Source of the DNA: the human T2T-CHM13v2.0 reference genome, Homo sapiens
Direction: 5' to 3' (one strand)
Length of the DNA: 64,000 bases
NCBI RefSeq assembly: GCF_009914755.1
Contig: NC_060930.1
Below the pieces are notes generated by a model. That model did no database searches, was not told the origin of the DNA, and was given only the letters and a program-made list of their open reading frames with translations. Below, in pieces: positions 43,079 through 56,639 of the stretch (its first letter is position 1; each line of letters opens with the position of its first letter). The position numbers and the translations under genes are program-made.

Positions 43079-46000
43079 GGAGAGGCACCAATTAGAAGCA
43101 GCTGCAGTCCATGGCACTCATGGAGAGGAGTGAAAGGGGTGAGTGAATACAGCACCCTTAGCTGAAATACCTAGGTTATCGCATTGGAACGGACTAGGAA
43201 AACAACTCAACCCATGGAGAATGAAGAAAAGCAGGGTGGGGCAATGGCCCACCTAGGGGCATCATGGAGGCAAGGGAACCCCCACCCCCAGCCAAGGGAA
43301 GTGATGAGTGATTGTGTGACACTGGGAAAGCATGCTTCTCCCACAGATCTTTGCAACCCACGGATCAGGAGATCCCCTCGTGAGCCCATGCTACCAGGGC
43401 CTTGAGTCTGACACACAGAGCTGTGTGGAGTCTTGGCAGAACAGCTGCTCAGGCACAGACACAGACCCAGAAGCTTTACATACTCCAGCCCCAGGATATC
43501 CAGCAAATATGTCTACAGCTCAGGCAAGGCAAGAGGTCTGCACATACCCTAGGAAAGGGGCTGAATCCAGGGAACCAGGCAGCATCATTCTGCGGGCCCC
43601 ACTTCCACTGCACTTCACAAGATAAGACCTACTGTCTTGGAATTCCAGCTGGCCACCAGCAACAGAGTGGAGACTGCCTGAGACCAGACGGAGCCCACGG
43701 AGAGAGGGGCAGGCTGCCACCTGGATTGCTGGATAACTCAGCTGTTCCAACCTGCGGGCTTTGGAGAGTCCAAAGGGTCCCAACGAGGAAGGGTCCCCCC
43801 AGCAGTGAACCAAAGCAGCTTTGTCAGTTAAAGGCCAGACTGCTACTTTAGGCAGGACATCAATCCATTCCTCCTCACTGGACGGGACCTACCTGGTGGG
43901 CCCACCAGCCATGCCCAAGCGCATGTATTAGGGACAGAGCTCTGATGTCTCCCTGGGATGGAGTGCCTGGAAGAGGAAAGGGCCACCACCTGGGTTGGTT
44001 GGATAACTCAGCCATTCCAGCCTGCCAGCTTTGGAGAGTCCTAGCCGACTGAGGCAAAGGGGGTTCCCCACCATGAAGGCTGTTTTGTAGAGGTGTGGCC
44101 AGACTGCTTCTTTAAGCAGGACTCCGTTATACTCCTCCTTGTGGGGCGGGTCCTCCCAGCTGGGGCCTCCAGCCACCCCCTCCCACCCCATGTTCTTTGG
44201 GGCCTAAAGAGCTCTAATTTCACCCTGGGGCAGAGCGCCTGAGTGGTGGGGCAGGTCATCACCTTGCCTGTTTGGGCTGCCTGTGGGCCATGGAGAGCCC
44301 AAACCAATCAGGGGCTGAAGGGATCCCCAACACAGCATAGCTGCTCTACCAAAAAGCAGCCAGATTGTTTTTTTAAGTGGGTCTCTGATCTTGTTCCTCC
44401 TGAGTGGGTGTGACTTCCAACCAGGGTCTCCAGCCACCTCCTCCAGGTGCGTTCAGGCCAGCAATAGGTCAGTACCCTTGTGGGATGAAGCTTCCAGAGG
44501 AAGGGGCAAGCTGCCATCTTTGCTATATCACAGCCTTCACTGGTGATAGGTACTGGAAAAACTGAGGCAACTAGGGTCTGGAGTGGCCAGACTATTAAAA
44601 ACAAACAAACATACAAACACAAAACAACAAAAACAAAACCACAAGAACTCCATCCAAAGGTCAGCAACTCATTTGTAAATAAGCCCACAAAGATGAGAAA
44701 AAAAATCAACACAAAAACTCTGAAAACTCAATAATCTGGAGTGCCCCTTTTCCTCCAAATGACTGCAGTAACTCCAGCAAGGGCTCAGAACTGGGTTGAG
44801 GATGAGATGGCTGAAATAACAGAAGGAGACTTCAGAATGTGGGTAATAATGAACTTTGCTGAGCTAAGGGAGCATGTTGTAACCCAAAGCGAAGAAGCTA
44901 AAACAATACATATGGGAGCTGACAGCCAAAATAGCCAGTCTAGAGGAACAGAACCAACCTGATAGAGCTAAGCTAAAAAACATGCTACAAGAACTTTACA
45001 ATGCAATCACAAATATTAACAGCAGAATAGACCAAGTGGAGAAAAGAATCTTAGAGCTTGAAGACTGTCTTTCTGAAATAAGACAGGCAAAAAAGAATAG
45101 AGAAAAAAGAATGAAAAGAAATAAACAAAACCTCTGAGAAATATGGGATTATGTAAAGAGAATGAATCTACAACTGACTGGGATACTTGAACAATATGGG
45201 GAGAATGGAACCAAGTTGGAAAATATACTTCAGGTTATCATCTAGGAGAACTTCCTCAGCCTAGCAAGATAGGCCAACATTCAAATTCAGGAAATGCAGA
45301 GAATCCCTGTGAAATACTTCATAAGAAGATGATCCCCAAGACACATAATCATCAGATTCTCCAAGGTCGAAATAAAAGAAAAAATGTTGAGGGCAGCCAG
45401 AGAGAAAGGCCAGATCACCTACAAAGGGAAGCACGTCAGACTAACAGCAGACCTCTCAGTGGAAACCCTACCAGCTGGAAGAGATTGGTGGCCAATATTC
45501 AACATTCTTAAAGAAAAGAATTTCCTATCTAGAATTTCATATCTGTCCAAACTAAGCTTCATAAGTGAAGGAGATTTAAGATCCTTTTCAGACAAACAAA
45601 TGCTGAGAAAATTGGTCACCACCAGACCTGTCTTGCAAGAGCTCCTGAAGGAAGCACTAAATATGAAAAGGAAAACCTGTTACCAGTCACTACAAAGACA
45701 TACTGAAGTACACAGACCAGTGACACTATGAAGTAACCACATAAACAAGTCTGCACAATAACCAGCTAGTATCATGACAGGATTTAATCCACACATAACA
45801 ATACTAACCTTAAATGTAAATGGGCTAAATGCTCCAATTAAAAGACACAGAATGGCAAGCTGGATAAAAAAACAAGACCCATTGGTATGCTGTGTTCAAG
45901 AGACTCATCTCACATGCAAGGACACACATAGGCTCAAAATAAAGAAATGAAAGAAAAGTTACCAAGCAAATGGAAAACAGAAAAAAGCAGGGGTTGCAAT

Positions 46001-49000
46001 CCTAGTTTTTGACAAAACAGACTTTAAACCAACAAAGATTAAAAAAAAAAAGACAAAGAAGGGCATACATAATGGTAAAGGGCTCAATTCAACAAGAAGA
46101 GCTAACTGTCTTACATATACAAACACTCAATAAAAAAGCACTGCCAAGTTCATAAAGCAAGTTCTTAGAGACCTTCAAAAAAAGACTTAGACTCCCAACA
46201 ATAATAGTGGGAGACTTTAACACTCCACTGATAATATTAGACAGATCATCAAAACAGAAAATTAACCAAGATATTTTGGACCTGAACTCAGCTCTGGATC
46301 AAGAGGATCTGATAGATATTTACAGAACTGTCCACCCAGAAACATTCTTCTCATAGCCACGTGAGACTTACTCTAAAATTAATCACATAATCAGAGGAAA
46401 AACACTCCTCAGGAAATGTAAAAGAACTGAAATCATAACAGTTTCTCAGACTACAGCCCAATCAAATTAGAACTCAAGACTAATAAACTCACTCAAAACT
46501 ACACAACTATTAATACATGGAAATTGAACACCTGCTCCTTAATGACTCTTGGATAAATAATGAAATGAAGACAGAAATCAAGAAGTTCTTTGAAACTAAT
46601 CAGAACAAAGAGACAACATACCACAATCTCTGGGACACGGCTAAAGCTGTGTTAAAAGAAAAATTCATAGCACTAAATGCCCACATCAAAAAGCTAGAAA
46701 GATCTCAAATTAACAACCTAACATCAGAATTAATAGAACTAGAGAACCAAGAGCAAACAAACCCCAAAGCTAGCAGAAGACAAGAAATAACCAAGATCAG
46801 AGCTGAACTAAAGAAGACAGAGACATGAAAAAACCTGCAAAAAAAAAAAATTCAGGCTGGTTTTTGGAAAAAAAATTAATAAAATAGACTGCTAGCTAGA
46901 CTAATCAAGAAGAAAAGAGAGAAGATTCAAATAAACACAATCAGAAATGATAAGGGGGATATCACCACTGTTCCCACAGAAATACAAGCAACCATCAAAG
47001 AATACTACAAACACCTATAAGCACATAAACTAGAAAATCTACAAGAAATGGATAAATTCCTGGACACATACACTCTCCCAAGACTGAACCAGGAAGCAAC
47101 TGAATCCCTGAATAGACCAATAATGAGTCTGAAATTGAGGAGGTCAAACCAAAGAAAGCCCAGGACCAGATAGATTCACAGTTGAATTCTACCAGAGGTA
47201 CAAAGAGGAGCTGGTACCATTTTTACTGAAACTATTCCAAAAAATTGAGGATGAGGGACTCCTTCCTAACTCATTCTATGAAACCAGCATCATGCTGACA
47301 CCAAAACCTAGCAGAGGTACAACAAAAAAAAGAAAAACTTCAGGCCAATATCCTTGATGAACATCAGTGCAAAAATCCTCAACCAAATACTGGCAAACCG
47401 AATCTGGCAGCACATCAGAAAGTTTATCCACTACAATCAAGTTGGCTTCATGCCCAGGATGCAAGGTTGGTTTAACATACACAAATCAATAAATGTGATT
47501 CATCACATAAACAGAACTAAAGACACAAAACACATGATTATCTCAATAGATGAGAAAAGGCCTTCCATAAAATTCAACATCCCCTCATGTAAAAACTCTC
47601 AGTAAACTAGGTATTAACAGAAAATACTTTGGCCAGGTGCGGTGGCTCACACCTGTAATCCAGGCACTTTGGGAGGCTGAGGCGGGTGGATCACCTGAGG
47701 TCAGGAGTCCCAAGACCAGCCTGGCTGACATGGTGAAACCCCATCTCTACTAAAAATACAAAAATTAGCCAGGCGTGGTGGTAGGTGTCTGTAATCCTAG
47801 CTACTTGGTAGGCTGAGGCAGGAGAATCACTTGAATCTGGGAGGCAGAGGTTGCAGTGAATATGATAAACTCACAGCCATTATCATACTGAATGAGCAAA
47901 AGCTGGAAGCATTCCCCTTGAAAACCAGCACAAGACAAGGATGCCCTCTCTCACCACTCCTATTCAACATATATTGGAAGTTCTGGCCAGGACAATCAGG
48001 CAAGGGAAAGAAATATAAGGTATTCAAACAGGAAGAGATGAAATCAAACTATCTTTGTTTGCAGATGACATGATCCTGTATCTAGAAAACCCCATTGTCT
48101 CAGCCCAAAAACTTCTGAAGTTGATAAGCAACTTTGGCCAAGTCTCAGGATCACTGTGCAAAAACTACTAGCATTCCTGTACACCAACCACACGCAGGCT
48201 GAGAGCAAAATCATGAATGAACTCCCATTCACAATTGCCACAAAAAAAATAAAATACCCAGGAATACAGCTAACAAGGGAAGTAAAGGACCCCTTCAAGG
48301 AGAACTACAAACCACTGCTCAAAGAAATCAGAGATGACAAAAACAAACGGAAAAACATCAAATGCTCATGGATAGGAAGAATCAATATCATGAAAATGGC
48401 CACATTGCCCAAAGCAATTTATATATTCAATGCTATTCCCATTAAACTACCATTGACATTCTTAATGGAATTAGAAAAAGACTACTTTAAAATTCATATG
48501 GAACCAAAAAAAGATTCCAAACAGCCAAGACAATGTTAAGCAAAAAGAACAAAACTGGAGGCATCATGCTACCTGAATTCAAACTACACTACAAGGCTAC
48601 AGTAATCAAAACAGCATGGTACTGGTATAAGAACAGACACATAGACCAATGAAACAGAATAGAGAACCCAAAAATGAGACCGCACACCCACAACCAACTG
48701 ATCTTTGACAAACCTGACAAAAACAAGCAATGGGGAAAGGATTCCTTAGTTAATAAATGGTGATGAGAGAACTTGCTAGCCGTATGCAGAAAACTGAAAC
48801 TGGATTCCTTCCTTACACCATATACAAACATCAACTCAACACGGACTAAAGACTTAAATGTAAAACCCAAAACTAAAAAATCCCTAGAAGAAAATCTAGG
48901 CAATACCATTCAGGACATAGGCACAGGTAAAGATTTCATGACCAAGGCACCAAAAGCAATTGCAACAAAAGCAAAAGTTGAGAAATTGTATCTAATTAAA

Positions 49001-50030
49001 CAGAAGAGCTTCTGTACAGCAAAAGAAACGATCAACAAAGTAAACAGACAACCTACAGAATGGAAAAAAATTTTTCCAATCTATCCATCTGACAAAGGTC
49101 TAACATCCATCATCCATTAGGAACTTAAATCTACAAGAAAAAAATAAACCATTAAAAAGTGGGCAAAGAACATGAACAGACATTTCTCTAAAGAAGACAC
49201 ACATGTGGCCAACAAGCATTTGAAAAAAAAGCTCAACATCACTGATCATTAGAAAAATGCAAATCAAAACCACAATGAGATACCATCTCATGCCAGTCCA
49301 AAAGGCTATTTAAAATGTCAAAAAACAACAGATGCTGGCAAGGTTGTGGAGAAAAAGAAATGGTTTTACACTGTTGGTTGGAGTGTAAATTAGTTCAACC
49401 ATTGTGGAAGACAGTGTGGTAATTCCTCAAAGACCCAGAGGCAGAAATACCATTTTATCCAGCAATCCCATTACTGGGTATACATTCAAAAGAATATAAA
49501 TCATTCTATTATGAAGATACAAGCATGCGTATGTTCAGTGCAGCACTATTCATATTAGTAAAGGCATGGAATCAACCTAAATGCTCATCAATGATAGACT
49601 GAATTAAAAAATGTGGTACATATACACCATGGGATACTATGCAGCCATGAAAAGGAATGAGATAATGTCCTTTGTGGGACATGGATGGAGCTGGAAGCCA
49701 TTATCTTCAACAAACTAACAGAACAGAACAGAAAACCAAATACTGTGTGTTCTCACTTATAAGTGGGAGGTGAATGATGAGAACATATGGACACACTGCA
49801 GGGACTAACACACACTGGGGCCTGTCAGAGGGTGGAGAATGAGAGGAGGGAGAGCATCGGGAAGAATAGCTAATGAATTCTGGGCTTAATACCTAGATGA
49901 TGAGATGATCTCTGCAGACAACCACCATGGCATATGTTTACATATGTAACAAACCTGCACATCCTGCACATGTACCTCTGAACTTAAAATAAAAGTTAGA
50001 AATCCCCGCCCCCGCCTCCAAAAACAAGAG
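43079..50030 (+). mobile_element. Full-length inactive L1 (L1PA12/13-like), antisense to GMDS
   Basis: 5'UTR about 43079-44690. Broken ORF1 (LRAAREKGQITYKGKHVRLTADLS). ORF2 starts at ATG 45774 (MTGFNPHITILTLNVNGLNAPIKRHR, endonuclease) with RT pieces ([14 protein letters not shown]; FADDM-like ttgtttgcagatgacatg). 3'UTR ends aacttaaaataaaagt. Exact TSD aaatagccagtgag at 43065-43078 and 50031-50044. Many stops and frameshifts. Confidence 0.95.
47631..47859 (+). mobile_element. 3'-truncated AluS nested in L1 ORF2
   Basis: The Alu stops at gaggttgcagtga, with no tail and no 3' TSD. Confidence 0.92.
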
Positions 50031-53000
50031 AAATAGCCAGTGAGTAATCTAATGAGAGGTATAATTAAGAAACAGGGCTGGCCCTGAGGGTGAAAACAAG
50101 ACATCTGGGCATCACTGAATATCCAGGCCAGTACACTACAGCTGCTCCTAGTGACCCTAATGTCCTTTATAAATCTACCCCCTTAACACCTTGGATCTCT
50201 CATGACTCATTGGCCTATAGGCAAAATTCTTCAAACAGGTTTCCTGGTCTCTATCTGGCATTTCTACAATCCATCCTCCATGCTACCAAAATTATCTTTC
50301 TAAATTGTAAAACCTACTCAGGTCACACCCTTCTAAAGTATAATGGCTCCCAGAGCTTTCGGGTGAAGTTCAACAGCTTAGCTTAAATAATTCCAGTAGG
50401 CCACAATTCCCACTGCTGCCACTCTCTGTACAGCAATGATGAAATTTTAAATTAGAAAATTAAAAAGGCATGACTGGGTAGGAATGGCCCAAAACAACAC
50501 AAAGCTACTGAAAAACAAAGCAGAAAGTAAGGCTGAAGCTGCAAGTCTGTTGGGAGTTCAAGGCAAAGGTGGGATTTCAGCCCCCATGAGTAACAGGGTA
50601 ACAGCTAAAAGCACCTAGTGAAGAGGGAATTCAGTCAGGCTTGTTGCTTAAAATCCAATGCAGAGGCAGAATTTTCCAGCCCATGAAAAAAAGATCAAAG
50701 AAGTTGTTTCTTTTTTATTTAACATAAAGTTAAGTGTCTAAAAAAAGAGGCACATGGCAACAGACAAAGCTTTACACAAGGGTCTGCTCCAGATGCCTGC
50801 TGGCTTTTCCACTGAACAGAGCTGTTAGATTTCCAATATCAGAGCTGGATGAAGCTCTATGCCACCAATATAGAACTAGTTCTGGACCAGAGCATCCTAG
50901 AGGCTGAATGGTGGCAGCCACACAACCATTAACCATACGGGATAAGAATACAAGAGGGGTAGGGGTCCTATTCAATACAGGCTTGCAAACCGATTTTTTT
51001 TTAAAAAGAACATTAATGTCAAGAAAGAACCAATAAGAACTATTTAATGTAACTGAAGAGAACATTTACTACAGAGAACATGAAAATAAGATAGCATTCT
51101 GAAAATGACTTTGAAACATCTCTCTTTAACAATGACTTTTAAATATATCTTAAACCAAGAAAAAAAATCAGCTAAAAACAAGAAAGCATTTTTATAAGCA
51201 GGCTAAAATGAAACAACAGATTTGAAAAGGAATCAAAATTCTGGAAATAAAACATTCAAACAACAAAACTAAAAATATAGAAAGGTGCAAGCCTTTGGAA
51301 AATACACCTAGAAAACTCATAGCAAGAACAGACACCACAAGAAGACACACAGGCAGAAAACATCCCAGTTCAGTGAAAAGAGGGAGCAAGAGAAGGGTGA
51401 TTGGTGACCACACAAGGAAGAGGCGGGCTACTAAAACCGAGATCTTCAAGAACTGAAAGGTGGCAGAAGTTTACTGGTCTTAAAATCTAGCTTAGAGGAA
51501 AATGGGCAAGTCAGAATTTGCCCCTGGCACTAGTGGTATTTGGGAAATGGTTCATTTCCATAATACAAGAACCACTTTATTTTTCCACAGCTTCAAGATG
51601 CACAAACCTTAGCTTGGTACACTGGCATATTTATGACCCTTTGAAAAATGGATGACCTAGAAAACTAGTGAGGGACCATAATTTTAAGTTTCAACATTTC
51701 TTTTACTCAAAATAACATTGCTTTCCTTGAAGATTTATTTTAATAAGACAAGGTCTTGAATCACAGGTAATCTGTAAACGTGTTCTTAAAAACAAATGAG
51801 AAAAGGAGCTTCCCAGGGGAGTTTTCTAAAGTCAGGTGAGATGTTACCTGCTTTCCCTACCTCAAATTACTCTTGCTTCTTTCCAGGTTAACTATCCAGG
51901 GAAGTACCAGTGCCGTCTGGACAAGTATAATACGAAAACAGTGTGCTTCCCTCAATGCTGGAGGCTGATACGTGGTACAACGGCAGGGAAAAAACTGATA
52001 AGGCTTCTAAACTTACCATCAACAAAGACCCAGAACTTGCATCTGTGAATTCCCTATGAAACCTAGTCTTTCACTACCTTAAAGAGGGCAGAAAATATAT
52101 TAAGAATTAAATACCTAAGAAAGTTGTCTTAAGTTTCTAAGAATGTGGTGCTACATTATCACAAAGCTGTATTAATAGCTAATCTTCAGACTTCTCTGTG
52201 AAGGCAGACTTTACATAATCAAACACTACAGTATGAAAATGAAAGGAGGGCTGTAGGAGTGATCTCAGGAGACCCTGAGAATCATGATGACTCCAAACCT
52301 CTGTCACAAAGCTTTAAGCATGCCATTAGTTTTGCTTATCTCTCCACTCATTGCTATTAATTTAATGGTCTGGGGAGCTGTCAGGGATATTTGGTAAGAG
52401 CAATTTCTCTTCCAGGATAATCTCCAGCCCATTATTCAAAATTTTTTTAGCTTTAAGCTACACAGAATGAGAGTAAGGGGGCTGGGTAGGGAAGGGAGGT
52501 AAGAAGGATGGTAAATAAGCTAAGAAGCAAGAGACAACATTTTTTCAAAGGAGATATTGTAAACACTATTCTCTTTATTTCACACTGCAAAAGCACAATA
52601 AACCAGTAGTTGAGCCAGAAGAGGTTTTGTTGTTTGAGGCAACGTTGTACCCTCTGTGATGAGTGACATGGTAGTGCTCTGTGAGTTTGCTTACACAAGC
52701 CAGAGCCAGCTGTGCTAGAAGCTTCCCTACTACACAGAAGTTAGGGGCAGAAAAGGGACTTGAGAAACCACCAGAGAACATTAGTATGAAGATGTAAAAA
52801 GATAGCCCATTCATATTTTCCTTATTTGTGTCAAGGGAAAAAAGACTGAGTCTAAATGTGGGAAAGGAATTTTTAAAACCTTTTTTCAACTTTTTTTTTC
52901 TTCCTTTCTATTTATATACATACATTTAAAACACACTCGAAGTTTAAAATCTACTGAAAATTGCTGTGTCTCTCAATTGGTATGGAATTTTCTCTCATTT

Positions 53001-53066
53001 TACTCTTTTCAGTTTTTGCTTAAGACACATTGAGTATTTGCAAAACTATCACTTGACAGTCGTATT

Positions 53067-53320
53067 TTTGTTCATTCAACAAATATTTATAGCGCAACAC
53101 CTAAGGCCCTGGAACTGTTCTAGGCACCAGGACACAATCGTGAAGGGAACAAGCAAAAATCCCTGCCTTTTAGAGCTTACATTCTAGTGAGAGGAGAAGA
53201 AAACTGACAATATAAAGAGGTGAAATATATAGTAAGTTCAATAGTGATAAGAACTATGGGGGAAAAAAGCAGGAAAGGGAGAGGACGTTGGGTTGTACTT
53301 TTAAATATGGTAAAGCTTTT
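53067..53320 (-). mobile_element. L2a 3' end
   Basis: ttcattcaacaaatattta...ctgttctaggcac...ccctgccttttagagcttacattctagtg. Confidence 0.8.
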
Positions 53321-53399
53321 CTAAGCAAAAGAATGAAACATAAAAATGGAAATGTAGTAGGCACTGAAGAAGCAGTTGTAGTCTACTTCATAGTAATTT

Positions 53400-53600
53400 A
53401 AGTTTGAAATTTGCCATGTGCCAGGCACTAGGCCAAGTGCTTTACATGCACTCTGCCATTTAAGTATTATGACAAGTCTGTGAGTCAGGGACTACTATTA
53501 TATTTATTTTACCTCTCGAAAAAAAACTAAAGCTCAGAGCAATTAAGGAGCTTGCTTATGGTCACAGTTAGTAAGCAACAGAACTGGGATTAACACCAAG
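53400..53600 (-). mobile_element. MIR
   Basis: atgtgccaggcactaggccaagtgctttacatgca...aaactaaagctcagag...ggtcacagttagtaag. Confidence 0.75.
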
Positions 53601-55621
53601 GAAAAAATAATAACATAAGGAAAACAACCAAACCACCAACAACACATACACATACATGCATATGCACAGCCCCCATATGCATTCTTTACTATTTTCTATA
53701 ACATATACTATTTTCTTTAACTACAAGCTAGATACAGAATTGGTAGCCTAATTTTCTGTGCAATTTAACACCAAGATGATGCTTCACTTTTTCTAAAAAC
53801 AAGGTGGTTGTGATTTAGAATCAGGTTGCCTCTAAGAGTATATTTTCATGATGGTTTTTCATAATTCAGAGTATATTTTCTCTTAGATACAATATAGTAA
53901 ATAGTGGCTTAACTTCATATAAGCCTACGTGATTCAGGCTGAAGCTAAATAAATATACAAGTTAAAAAAAAAAAGAATGTGATAATATATCCTCCCTGCA
54001 ACTGTACCCCTTCTCCAGCCCAATCCCACCCTCATCTCCTCCCTTTGGGATGAAAGAGCTCCTTCTTGGCGGTGGGGGCGAGGGGGGCTCCAAACCCAGG
54101 GTGCTCCAGAGTGTGCTCCAATTTGGGCTCCCTATCCAGCTCACCCCAACTGCACGTTCTTCCCGGTAGAATAACCCTCCATGTGAATTTTGGAACATGC
54201 ATGCCATCTGTAATAATGCCATGTCCTGTGTATTTAACAAGAAAGAATTATTTTGAACTGTAGAAACAGGCAATCAGGGCCTGATAGGCTTAAGTATTGT
54301 CAATGTTTAAAAACAATATTTAAAAACAGTGTTTTTAAAAAATAACAAAAGAAAATAAATCAATATTTTAAAATGAGAAGTGGATTTTGAAATATTTTGA
54401 ATGTTTGTTAGCTAGCTTTGAGAGATGAATAGGATATAGATAAATGGTTTGGAAAAAAACACAGGTGAGAACCAAAAAAAAAAAGCTTAAGAAAACCCCA
54501 GGTTGATCTGGGCAAGCTGCACTTGTCAAGAGTTATGCCGGGAGCAGTGAGCAGTAAGAGCAGAAAGGCTGGCCCTCTTGGATTACAGAGGACTTCCAAG
54601 AGTCAGCAAGGACTCAGAGCTGCAGGGGGCATGAGCCCATGCTCATTTTTTCTTACAGTAATGATCCTGACAATGGGAACGGAGAACGTTGACACAAGTT
54701 TATTCCACATGACAGAACTGGCATAGTGGAAGGTCATGGGGGTATGGGAATTTAGGAAAGTCCTACAAGTTACAATCTGGTGGTTAATGCAATACTTTCC
54801 AAGACATTTAAGGCCAAGAAAAGAAGTAGATAGGGCTAAGTACTTTAGAATCCGAGAGCTAAGAAATGGGCATACTCTTGGTGTGAGGAAGAGAAGCAGA
54901 GAGTTGGTAAAAAGGCTGTTAATGGAAGAGAAGGTTACATGTGCAAATTCCTACATCAGAACAGCTAGGCTGGTATGTGGTCAAGGTCAGGGAAAAAAGA
55001 GAGAGAGATAAAGAGTTTGCTCTGAGGGGAGAGGGTAACCCTGAGATCCCCAAAGAAGAAAGGCTAAGAAAGGCTTTGTGTTCACATGTTCATATTTTCA
55101 CCCAGCGTGACACTTCACATTTAAATTCAAGAGGCAGAAAATTCACTCTGCAGATTTGTAAGGAAAAATCCAAAAGACTTTGTTTAATCTTTGAAACGCA
55201 AAAAAGCTCTGAGTACCTAGAACACTGTGGGCACTAGATGACTAACTCCTCCTAGGGTCCCCTGCCACAACAAACCAAGACTGGTACACTCCCTTCCAAA
55301 CACTCCTCTCTGATGCTACCCCTCGGCCTGACCCTCATCTGGAGATTCACAATCACACTCCTGGCTAGCTGCTCTCTGTGACCCCTGTCCAGCCTGGCCC
55401 TGCCTTCCCTGGTCTGGAGCACATCCAATGTGAGGGGCTGAAGATACGCCCTTGGGGCCAGGCCCAGCTCTACTTTTTAGCAGGAGTGCAATTTTGGACA
55501 TGGTACTGAACCTTTTAGTACTTTGGTTTCTTCATATGTAGAAGATGGATACAAATATTATTCACCCTACAAGGCAACTGTGAAGATTTTCCACGTAGGT
55601 GCTTAAGAAATGTTAGCCATA

Positions 55622-55920
<299 letters not shown>

Positions 55921-56189
55921 AAGAAATGTTAGCCAGCGCCACCACCACCACCATCCCATCCTAACAAGTCCCTGTCCCTTTGGCCTTCCACTGTGACCTC
56001 TTAAAGCCACATTCTGGTGTAAAGGAAATTCTCCATTGACTTCACCTTCTGCTCAGATGTTGTCTCCACTTTCTTTCAGTAATCTGGCTGGTTCTCTGTT
56101 GATCAGTCAATTAACCTGTATTCTTACTAATACATAGTGGAACATACCCCCTGACAAATGTCAACCCCTTATCAATTGTTTCTGTTTTA

Positions 56190-56492
56190 TTCTTTTTTTG
56201 TTGAGACAGGGTCTCTTGTCACCTAGGCTCCAGTGCAGTGACACAACCTCGGCTCATTCTAATCTCCGCCTCCCAGGCTAAAGCAATCCTCCCACCTTAG
56301 CCTCCAGAGTAGCTGGGACTACAGGCGCAGATCAGCACACCCAGCTAATTTTTTTTTTTTTTTTTGGGGGGTAGAGGCAGGGTTTCACCATGTTGCTGCC
56401 CAAGTTGGTCTCGAACTCCTGGGTTCAAGTGATCCTTCCATCTTGGCCTCCCAAAGTGCTGAGATTACAGGCATAAGCCTCCGTGCCCGGCC
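56190..56492 (-). mobile_element. AluJ
   Basis: Diverged dimer on the minus strand. Confidence 0.9.
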
Positions 56493-56639
56493 AACTGTTT
56501 GTTTTTCCTTCTACTCTAACTCTCTGGCTGCCAAAAAATGGGTGTTAAGTGGGCATTATCAACTTGTGGATGTTAATATTAGTAAGGATGTTGTAATATT
56601 AGTCAGTATAGTGTTCAGTCATGTCACATATTTTTAATT

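Noticed and set aside
43184-44712. Cluster of 70-149-aa ORFs on both strands
   Set aside because: They lie in the GC-richer L1 5'UTR repeat units, with no protein-family signal and no splice support.
45384-49291. ORFs with endonuclease/reverse-transcriptase similarity
   Set aside because: They are fragments of one decayed L1 with many stops, frameshifts and an Alu insertion. This is not an active or novel RT system.
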